A DNA stretch of 64,000 bases from Phoronis australis (taxonomy: Eukaryota; Animalia; Phoronida). The notes beneath the pieces were generated by a model, which worked only from the letters and a program-made list of their open reading frames with translations, searched no databases and was not told the DNA's origin. The stretch's first letter is position 1. Each line of letters opens with the position of its first letter. This document shows, one piece after another, positions 24,817 to 34,801 of the stretch. The stretch covers positions 1,128,429 to 1,192,428 of the forward strand of contig NMRA01000011.1 in NCBI GenBank assembly GCA_002633005.1. Reading direction: 5' to 3'. Both the position numbers and the translations under genes were made by a program.

Positions 24817-27800
24817 TGCAAGGATTTTCAAGTGACCAAACGTCTTCTACCCATTACATTAGTTGGCGGGAAACTTGGAACTAACTAATTTTTATTTAAA
24901 GTTAAAAGATTCTTAACTATTTGACATAAAAGTACTTATTTAGTTAGATATTATGGTAGTCATTTCATATAACTAACTGAAACCTCAAAAACTAAGAGAA
25001 TTGCGTGGTGGGAACTCTTTAAGGCTTGGGGACGAGGCTGGGTTTGTCCTCTGCCGTACCAAAGAAATTAATGTTAAAATTAATATTCTGTATTCACCAG
25101 GCATGCGCGGACATTTTCAAGACTTATCATCACAGAAGATGACATAGATGTTATGAGAACATAGTTTCGACAGATCGAAATTTGCCAATATTTTTTTTAC
25201 AGTTGAGGCTTCATGAAAGGATAGCCTGACGGAAATAACACAAAGACTGCGGTTTACGTGTCCATTAAATCCATTACTAGTGTTAATCATTTCAGTTCAA
25301 ATCAATTGAAGACGTCCTTTGAAATCTTCAAACTCTAGCTATGCCTTGAAACCTAACCCAATTACTTGCGTAGATTATAGCCAATGCTCAAGTATATTAA
25401 TAGCCCTTTATCACTTAGGGTTATATTAAATTACAAGGTACAAATAAATGATACAAAATGCAACTGTAGATGACAAAATTACTCGCATTTTGTCGTGTTT
25501 TGGGTCCCAAGAATTCCCTGTGAACCCCGAGGCCCAGATTCTGTTTTTTATGAGAAAGCAGCTTTTATAACAACGCCGACTAAATATCGTGATATTTCTG
25601 TTAAGTGCTACTGTCAGTTAGAAAACGCTATAGAACTGCATGGACTGCATTGTGAACAAATGTCTGCACTTAGGTCAGTTAGCATAAGTCATCAGCACTG
25701 GGCAAATTTGTTAAAACTTACAGTCGACCATGAGAAAGAGACAACAGTTTTTTATTTATTTTCAATCGACAAAATGTATAAATTACACCAAAATACTGTT
25801 TTTCATACCCAATTTCCATACACGTATGTCTTACTGATTCGTTAGTCAGGAAACGAAAGTCGCAAAATGAATGATTTAAGCAGTGCGGGACGCCGGTTTC
25901 AGAAACTTTGCTTTAACTCTTGTCAAAGCAAATTTCGTCCCTTAAAACTGACTTCTGTTCTTAGCCATTATGCTCAATATGTCTATTTTCACCCATTAGT
26001 TAGTTTGTTTTTTTGATCCATTAGTGTATTGTTTTAACATCTAAAAGAATAATTTATATTTTACAAAGATGGATAAGAATGGTCACTAATTTCGTTTTGA
26101 TGAATTCTGCTGAAATGACCACGGTAGGTTGGATATTCTTGACCCAATATGTCCATTTTGACCCATTATATCCGTTTTGATCCATATTACGTCCATTTTT
26201 GAATGCAAGGTTTACCGTTACCTTTGAGTCCAAATTTCTCTCGCTAGGAAGTTTTGATTTATGTATATTTCACAAAAGTGGATTAAAACGGATTTTACTT
26301 AGGTTTTAAACAATTTTCCGAAATGAACATAAAGGGTTAGAACTGAAGTGTCCGTTGAAAATTTTCAAAATTTTGTTGGTGAAAACTCGAATAATCCTCT
26401 CCAGTTCCTGATCCAAATAATTCTAAACCAACAGAACATGAAGGGTTTATCACCTTTAAAATGTGCTGCATCTAATATTCTGTTATTGAGTGTGGTATGA
26501 CACGCTACTCGTTTTCTAGCTGTTTACGGTTTAGGAGGGATTGTGTTTAGAAGTGCTTCAAACGCTCAGAACCTCATATCCGAATGTTGTAAGTTATTAG
26601 AATAGAAGTGTCACACATTTTTACTGCGTGTGTGTGTTGACGTATTTTGAAAATAAACGAGCATTCCATTCTATTCCACATTGACGAAATTATTTGATTA
26701 CCATCCTTTTGCAATGGAATTAATATCTCCCTCCAAAGTTTGTTCTATGGTTCACAGAGACCACGTAAAAAACCTCTTCTCTCGTTTTGGTTCTATGAAG
26801 GATGTTTGTCCCTACGTCTTTTATGCAACGGATGACATAACCATGTGACACAACACGTCATAGTGAGTTACATAAACGGGACCTGTGAATGAACAGCAGG
26901 TGCAAAAAATGACAAGCACGTTGGAGAGGCTGATAGATTAGCTCCATTTGTACGTGATCTGATAAGCTATTCCATGGCACAACTGACGAAGAGGAAAACT
27001 GTCTTCACGCGATTAGACAGTGAAGTGAAAGTTTTTTTGGTGGTCTGGTGAGTGGGAGTAAGAATACAGTCCGTCAAGTAGTCCGTTGCTTCAACCGATG
27101 ACGCAATCAGATACACGACACGAATCATGATGGCGGCGCGGCTGACAACCTGTAATCTCGTTTATGCATACCCACTTATCAATGACGCACAAAACACAAG
27201 GAAATATAACCTGTCAGTGTCTGCATCCCACTTCCTTGCAGATCGTGATGTTCATTTACTTATGAATCCCATGTAAACTGGAGAGGTAATTGCAGATTTC
27301 GATAGCAGGACTTTTTCTTAAAATTATGTAACTTTAATTTACACTCGACTAGCCTACTTGTTTTTCTGAATTTGTTCAAACGGATACTCGCTGTATAGTT
27401 TCACCAATGATACGACAGTAATGATTCATCTATGCAGAGTGCTTTGAATGTCGAGTAGCATATAAATGTCACTCATCGAGTCACTTATTCCAATAACAGT
27501 ACCTTTAAGTTAAAAGAAATAAGAAGGCGCCAGTCACTTACCGTCACCATCGCTGAGAACCTGTGACGTGCACGCTTCTCAGCCCAGAGGAGTTATGAAA
27601 AAATTAATATCGATTGGCGAAAGACTAGTGAGTGAGTGAAACTCAATCTCAAAGGGGAAAGCCAACATTTTGGTTTTAGTTTCACTAAACATGCAAATTT
27701 CCAATTATCTGTCAGAACCAAAAACTCGATCTTCCCTGGGCCATTACCGCTAATCCATGTGCCAACAGGGAAGTGACGTAAATGGACCAACAATGAATTT

Positions 27801-28413
27801 CCTCTGATTCGTTCTGTATCCACTTTAATTGAGTAAACGCAATGGCCGGCACGTTATTAAGAACGGTCATTCATGTCTGCTCAGTGAAAACGAATGGGGA
27901 AACATAATGCGGGAAGCTCATTGTTGGGCTGTTTACGCTCATTCGCAATTGCCTGGGAAGAGATAGGAAAGTCTAAGGCTCAGCCCACACAGGAGGCTAT
28001 GCCCCGAGTAAATGTCTCCTGAGCACATAGCTCGTGTCAAGGCGGTGAACAGTTGCATGAACTACCGGCTAGTTCATTCATTCGTTGTCGTGGGCTATAA
28101 GGTCACCAAACTATCATTCGAGCCAGCCAGCTGAGCTCTGATCAGGCTGTGCTTAAACGCAAACTCTGACAAGATGAACCGGCGACTCTGGGAGACATTT
28201 CTGACAACTTCTCGTAAATGGATACATTTAAATTCTGACGCATTTAGACACCTGCTGAATGACAAGAAATCCATAAATGAATGTATTACATATATTCAGT
28301 AGTTGGGGAATGACCAGAACAATAGCAAGTGTCGTCAAACACGAGATGTTGTGACTGAACCTCTAGACATGTGCGCATGCCCTTTATCAACAGTAACAGT
28401 AACCAGAAGTTAA

Positions 28414-29588
28414 AGATGCTATGTCTCATTAAGACCCCGAATATTCAAATTTGTAGCAAGTGCCACCTAGTGACTTCCTGAAGAATTGTGTTTACGAGCC
28501 AGTATAATCAAGAAAAGAAACAATTTGTAAATAAATTGGTGTTTTAAAGAAAACACCACAACTGATACACTTAAAAACAAGTGTGAACATAAAAAATTCT
28601 AGTAATTCCAAATACTACGCAATCATTATTTGATATTGAAATAAACTGTGCCTTGTTTCATTAGGGTAACGACAATGAATTCGGGCTAATTAAGTCAGGA
28701 CTCGGAAACAATGCGGAGCATGATTGCAATACGCTGTCTACTGAGAGGCATCACGGTAACAGCCCAAGTTGAAGAGTAACAGTTGTCGTTCGTCATAATT
28801 AGCTGTCTAGTGACTTGACACTCCTGCTTAAATCGTATTTTGCGTTCATGGCATGTGATCTTAGTGTGTACAGAAGCTGAAGGCCACCTACAATTGAGGT
28901 CTGGAAACTCCGCCGACACTCCTCACGGTGACCTCAACGAAAGCATTCGTTCTGGGATTTCATTTTGTTGTCACCTTGAACATTCAACATCATTCTACTT
29001 TGCGTCTCTGGCACATGGGCGACGCAGCACAGAAAGAAGCTACCAATGATGCGCCGCCCATGTGGTAGTGCAAATTCTAGGTATTTGCCAGGGGTGGATC
29101 CAGGATTTTGAGTTGGGGGGGGGCAGGGCAGAGGATTAGCCAGGATTTTGNCCAGGATTTTAACCGCCAGACATTCGCACCCCCGAACTGAAAAATGCAA
29201 TCTGGGAGAATTTTAGGGGGGGCATGGCCCCCTTCTAAATCCGCCACTGTTTGCACACACTTCTCGACCACATTTCTAAGGACGACACGGGAATCCCTGG
29301 GAAACTTCCACAGCATTGTCGTTACCGTAATGAAACAAGGCACAGTTTTTACTATTTGTTTATTTCGCTATCAAATAACGATTGCGTAATATTTGAAATT
29401 ACAAGGTTTTTTTCATATATTCACGCTTCTTTTTAAGTGCACCAGTGTGGCATTGTCTTTAAAACTGCAATTATCTACAAATTGTTTCTGTTCCTGATTA
29501 AACTTGTACACACAGTTCTACAGGTAGTTTACCAGATGTCGCTTGCTACAAATTTGAATATTCACGGTTTTAATAAGACATAACATTT
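28414..29588. mobile_element. TTAA-flanked non-autonomous element with ~265-bp long TIRs (Kolobok-like)
   Basis: TTAA at 28410-28413 and 29589-29592. Arm 28414-28677 is the diverged revcomp of 29314-29588 (ends agatgctatgtc / gacataacattt). Confidence 0.8.
29089..29249 (+). mobile_element. ~160-bp MITE with 5-bp TSD TTTGC, nested in the long-TIR element
   Basis: caggggtggatcc...aaatccgccactg. tttgc lies at 29084-29088 and 29250-29254. Confidence 0.9.
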
Positions 29589-30676
29589 TTAACACACGCT
29601 GCCCCCCCGCGCTGCTACGTGCCTTTTTAACTATTTAAATCACGTGACAAGAGACCACTCGTTAAATAAATAACGTACCGACTAGAAAATAATATCAATG
29701 AAACTGAATGTTCAAACCTTTAAATAAGTATTAACTGACGCTGCGTGTCGACTGGATGTTTAGATTACGCTCTTTCGGGGAAATACAAAGAGTGAAACTG
29801 TTTGTTAATAATCTCGAGAACCTTATTGCCGTAACATCGAACACACAATACAAACTCTCCGACTATATGCTCTGAACTGTGTTGCACAGACGCAAGAATT
29901 TCGCGAGTAAAGCTAGGGTGACCACCTACTCTTCTTATAACGCTTAGCGATATCTCGCAGTCTTTCGTGATTTTGCATTTTCACGAGTTCTTGGGTCTAC
30001 GGAACGCAAGCTCGGTATACAACGAAGTGTGCTAATTCTAAATTCACGTGGTAATAAACACGTGACATAAGCCTTGAGAAACCAAAGGACAAAGCACTAA
30101 ACGCTAATTCCTTAAAGCACAGCTGCTTTGAAATCGGTTAATTTCAGCCCGAGGCAGAGTAGGGCCTACATGTATGTATAACTGTAAGAGGTTAAAACCA
30201 ACCTAAAACTAGGTAGAATGAAATTGCCGCAGTTGGACAAGGGTGGGGTCATGACCAAAAAACCGTCACGAAATTCAATTTTTTGCTCAGCACAGGATAA
30301 TTTCCCAACAAACAATTTCAGGCCTCAGTAGTTGTGAAAATATATCCAATGGCTACACTGACGACGGGAATTCACATACCAACCTTCAACATCTAAGTCA
30401 TCACCTTAAATTCCGTAGGAAAAATATTTTAACTTCTTATTCAAAATCACAGTTAAGTTAGCTTAATTCCTACAACTGCAGATGTTAAAGCCATAAATAC
30501 CCTTAACAGACATTCGATGCACAAGTTTAATTAACATACGTAGTGAGACGGCGTTCGACCAACCTTGGATTTTACTACACATAGATTCCATTATCTAAAT
30601 AAATACTAATTGAGATTCTAAGTAAAATAAACAAGATATGCAATGACATTGCAGTGAGTCAGGTCGGTGGCCAGTG

Positions 30677-31729
30677 CTATCGTGAGCTGCTGACTAGCCA
30701 GCTAGCAATCCGACTTCTCTTTTCTTCTTTCGATACGTCCGTTTCGACTCCATGCTGCTGAAGTATTTCGGCAATCTCGGCTTGTTCGCTCGAGCTATAG
30801 TCATCATCATAATCATCGTCATCATCACCTTGACTTTGACGTCGGATTTTAATCCACGTGTCGTCAACATATTTGTGAATTTCAGTCACGGGGCATCGTT
30901 TGATCGGCTTCACATCCAGCAACTTTCGAAAAAGGCGCATTAGTCGCGTCGTAAACTTGCCCCATTGCGAAGGAACCTTGCTCGTTTTTCGCCTCTGCCA
31001 GTGCCGAAACTCCTTGTAATACGAATCATGTTCGTCGGCATTTTCCCAAGGAAAATTTCCGGTCAGTACACAAAATAATAGCACCGCGAAGGCCCAAACG
31101 TCGTGATACGATTCCACGGTGTAACCTTCTCCTTTGAGCGATTCACAGATTTCCGGCGGGGTGTATGGAATTGTTCCGTTCTGTTTGCGTACCAAGGTAC
31201 CAACGGGTCGCGTCATGCCGAAATCAATCAGCTTGACACGCTCGTAAGTTTCGTCGAACACCAAGATATTTTCCGGTTTCACGTCTCTGTGTACCAAGTT
31301 TTTGCTATGCATAAAATCAAGAGCCGAGGCAATTTGTATCATGATTGTCTTGGCATGTTTTTCCGGCAGACCCATTTGCGGTGTTATCGTGTCAAACAAG
31401 TCACCAAGTGGAGCGTGCTCTTGAGCTAAAATATAGTGACTCTTTGTTTGAAAGGCAACATCAAAAGTATTTATCACAGATGTGTGTGCCGATAAAAAGT
31501 ACGCCCAGTTAAGTTCTCTTTGAAAGTCCTTTAGTTTAGTCGTCGACTTGGGTAGTTGTTTCAATGCCACTACAGTATCGGTTTGTTTACACCGAGCCAG
31601 AACCACTTTTCCGTACGTGCCTCGTCCCAGCGTCTTCAAAACGTCGTACGCTTTATTGAGAGAAATGTCTCGTATATCCTCGCTACTTCGCGGGCAAGCG
31701 TTCGATGAAATCTCTTCCATTGTCTTCAT
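30677..31729 (-). CDS. SBK1: Ser/Thr protein kinase of the SBK1 / Drosophila Meng-po family, uninterrupted coding sequence (~350 aa from the first ATG)
   Basis: Intact kinase motifs GRGTYG, VALK, HRDVKPEN, DFG, TIPYTPPE, DVWAFA. SBK-typical stretches AQEHAPLGDLFD, VKLIDFGMTR.VG, FCVLTGNFPWE and PSQW. C-terminal HGVET...RIASWL resembles the Meng-po tail. The ORF track starts at GTG 31759; the first in-frame ATG is 31729 and there is an in-frame TAG at 31810-31808. The true start is uncertain and the symbol is family-level only. Confidence 0.92.
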   Translation of the reverse strand: MKTMEEISSNACPRSSEDIRDISLNKAYDVLKTLGRGTYGKVVLARCKQTDTVVALKQLPKSTTKLKDFQRELNWAYFLSAHTSVINTFDVAFQTKSHYILAQEHAPLGDLFDTITPQMGLPEKHAKTIMIQIASALDFMHSKNLVHRDVKPENILVFDETYERVKLIDFGMTRPVGTLVRKQNGTIPYTPPEICESLKGEGYTVESYHDVWAFAVLLFCVLTGNFPWENADEHDSYYKEFRHWQRRKTSKVPSQWGKFTTRLMRLFRKLLDVKPIKRCPVTEIHKYVDDTWIKIRRQSQGDDDDDYDDDYSSSEQAEIAEILQQHGVETDVSKEEKRSRIASWLVSSSR

Positions 31730-32040
31730 GAGGAATCCTTCGACTAGTACGGGTGTCACCTGTAATGCATTGCTGTTCGAGGAGCTTTTGCCTCCTATAT
31801 CCTTGCACTAATCGTCTCCGCTTACCGATTGACTACGCAAACGCTTACAACAAAAGGCTTAGAAAAACAGGTCTCTCAGGAAATCGCAACATTAGCCTTT
31901 CACTTGCATGTTATTTTAACTTCGTCTCATTTGTCGTCAGTGATTTATCAGTCTCGTCAATTAAATAACACACGATATCCGCTGTGACAACCACGTCTCT
32001 TCTCTCGCGCAGTCTGCCAAGCAACAGAATTTATGCAGCA

Positions 32041-32098
32041 GTTTTATTCTTGGACTAGCGCGGATGATGTTTTTGTGACGTCATATTGCCAGCCAATC
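32041..32098 (-). promoter_or_regulatory. Putative proximal promoter of the kinase: CRE palindrome, CCAAT box and TATA-like element
   Basis: TGACGTCA at 32076-32083, agCCAATca at 32091-32099, and AATAAAA on the minus strand at 32048-32042, ~28 bp downstream of the CRE. Confidence 0.55.
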
Positions 32099-33659
32099 AC
32101 CGGTCGCCGCAGGCCTGCAAGCAGAAAAACGATTATAGGCGTACTCAGTTGTCAACTTGCCAAACCAAATTAAATAGGAAACTTTGACCAAACTTACACT
32201 TCCACTAAGTACATTTGTCGTTTTCTATTCACTTTCTTATCATTTGGAGCATCGTAATGCAGGTGAAAGTATTTTTAGCCAAAAGCCAATACCCGAGCAT
32301 GACTTAAAGGCGGAATAAAACGGCTCCTAAGACTATAATGAAGAGACAACAATAACATAATTACAATGATGGCGTTAATGCAACGTTAAAAAAAACGATA
32401 TTTACCCTAAACACGTCGTGGGTTGGACTAAGTTATCTATTGTCTTATAAAGTCAAAAATTATAAAAGAAAAATAGCTAAATTAAATATAAAATATAAAA
32501 AGATAGATAAAACAGAACAGAATGATTTACATAGTTTGTTCTGTTCCAACAGTACCAACAGAACAAGTAATAGTTACAATAAATACGATGATAGTGAAAA
32601 TAAAAACAAACTAACAACAAAACCGTGATGACTTTAGGTAAAAGGCGCGACAAAAGCTGTCGGAAAACTTGTCTGGAAACATGAATAATAAAATAGTGGC
32701 ATTCCATTGAAGAACATCTGACGTCGCGTGCGGCCATAATTGTGAACAAATGAATCAACAAACGAATGGACGCTGTTACCATGGTGGAAAGATGGGCAGA
32801 GTTCCAAAATAAACCTTGGAAAATTGGATCACAGGTGCAATCTGTTTCCAGGGAAACTTGGCCACCAATAAAGGAGGAATTTACACCAGCTTAAAAACCC
32901 AGATCAGTCTGATAGTCGGATAATGAAAAAATTGGAAACGTGTGCTACCGTGAAAACGTTTCGTTCTCCACCCGCTAACGCCCCCGCATATAACACCTGG
33001 TTTTGCTTAATAAAATCTGGTTCAGTCGTTTCTTAAAAATTTCAGTCGGTTCAAAAAACCACAACTGAGCTTAAGAATACAAATGACTCACGTTTGAAGC
33101 TTTTTGGCAATGGGTGCATGGTTAAAAGCGTGAGAAACTGTCTACAATTTAAAAAACGACCAGAATGCAATGAAAGCGTTCAGGAGGAAAATAGTGAAGA
33201 AGTACTCTCCTCGGTCGATTCATATTTGATGGCCTTCTTCAGCTGGTCATCAACTTACCCCGAAGCACACTCTCTAGTCGTCATCAATTTCTGACTCTAC
33301 ACGGTTTAACCAACAACAAAATTCAACCAAGTTTCCAGATCATAACATGTTTAATAGCTCTTTATTTTTCTAGAAAAGAACTTCAAGACACGATTCCGTC
33401 ATCGCTGTATGGAACCCTTCTGCCCTCCACGATCGACGTCCCCGGTTTGACAAGGTGATTTATAATCTTTAGGCACCCTGACGATTAGTATACGAGCACT
33501 TTTATGCGGTACGCATCTCTATATAAAACTCTGCACTATTTTTAACCAAAAGGTATGTAACATAGTGCACCCAATCAGGCCTTATTACAATGTCCTATGG
33601 AGGGTTCGTAAATAAGTACCTGTCGCTTCGTAAAATGTGGCTATTCTACATACAGTGAA

Positions 33660-34130
33660 TGTTATTCCGCGCGTAGAAATATTCATACGCAGAATAGGGA
33701 CGTTACGCTACGGGTACCCATGTCGATGAGCGCGCTTACCCGTGCGTGCAAGGCCAGTTTCTAAGACTGTTGCTGATTTCTATCAACACAGCATGACTTA
33801 AGGTACAAGTAAGTTTCAAACTATAATATTCATGAAAATTCAATTGATCTTGGCTTTTGCTCAGGGACGGCATTCATTCAACGACTTCGGAAATAGTATT
33901 GATACTAACAGAAGTCAGAACTGTTCTAACCTTAGGATTCTCACTAACCGCAATAGAACAAATGCCAGCGTTTTATAATTCTAGCATTTTAAGGATCCCA
34001 GAACGAATGCCAGATCCTTACTGATTCTAGGATTCCAGTACGCGTAAATAAATAAAGTACGCGAGCCGATATTGGTACGCGTAGCGTAACAAGCTTAATC
34101 CACGACCATCTATACGCGTAGAATAAAAAC
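33660..34130. repeat. Old diverged foldback element
   Basis: gttacgctacgggtacc (~33702) vs ggtacgcgtagcgtaac (~34074), plus weaker flanking inverted matches. Confidence 0.5.
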
Positions 34131-34524
34131 ATTTTCACCCACAGACAAGCACTTTTGTAAGTACTTTTGGCACTTCGTAAGCTACACTGGTTTTGATCTA
34201 TTTCATTGCCAGAATATGTTCTTAACTGCAAAATTTAACTTCGCATGCAGCAGTAACAGGACATGAGCAAATTGCCGAAATGTTAGTCAAGCAACAAAAA
34301 ATGTCCAGTCGAAATGATCAACTTCAAAATAAAATAAAATAAGAATGCGGTTTATTAATCAAAAAATAATACATATGGAATCCATTACTATCACCGCAGA
34401 TAAAAACTAGTGTGAACGCGCCTTATTTCACGTTTCGACTTTTTTGATTCGTCCCAAAATCAAACTAAAACAATTGGTTGCCAAGGTAGTAATATTACTG
34501 ATGCAGCGTTCGACATAGCTTTAG

Positions 34525-34801
34525 AACTGCTATGTCTCGTCATTAAAACTGTGAATATTTGAATGTGTAGCAAGCGCCACTTAGTGACTTCCTGGAGAAC
34601 TGTGTGTACAAGTATAATCAGGAAAAGGAACAATTTGTAATTAAAGTACAGTTTTAAAGAAAACACTACAACTGATAGAATTAACAACAAGTGTGTACAA
34701 ATAAAAATCCTAGTAATTCCAACCATTACGCAATCGTTATTTGATAGTGAAATAAGCAAATAATAAAAACCGTACCTTGTTTCATTTTAGATAACGACAA
34801 T
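34525..34801 (-). mobile_element. Solo ~275-bp terminal arm of the 28414-29588 family
   Basis: Collinear with 28414-28677 (tgctatgtctc...tagcaagcgccacttagtgacttcc...gataacgacaatg). Confidence 0.75.

Larger units (their letters stand above)
23930..25018. mobile_element. Kolobok-like internally deleted element B carrying a THAP remnant
   Basis: Ends aaagttccccc / gtgggaactct, followed by TTAA at 25019-25022. RR..YY termini, TTAA TSD and THAP content are Kolobok hallmarks. Confidence 0.65.
22000..25040. mobile_element. TAGCCTCGTC...GACGAGGCT element (Academ-like ends) whose right TIR is split by a 2.5-kb TTAA-flanked insertion
   Basis: Left end tagcctcgtcctcaagtctcaag. The right TIR is broken at TTAA 22515-22518 and resumes ggcttggggacgaggct at 25023-25039. 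gggtttgtc occurs in both flanks (imperfect ~9-10 bp TSD). Confidence 0.75.

Noticed and set aside
29139-29162. 11-bp internal duplication in the MITE
   Set aside because: It straddles an N at 29151 and is absent from the other two copies, so it may be an assembly artefact.
30526-30531. ATTAAA poly(A) signal for the kinase
   Set aside because: Plausible, but such hexamers are common in AT-rich DNA and there is no transcript evidence.
30752-31811. + strand ORFs overlapping the kinase
   Set aside because: These are antisense shadows of a real CDS.
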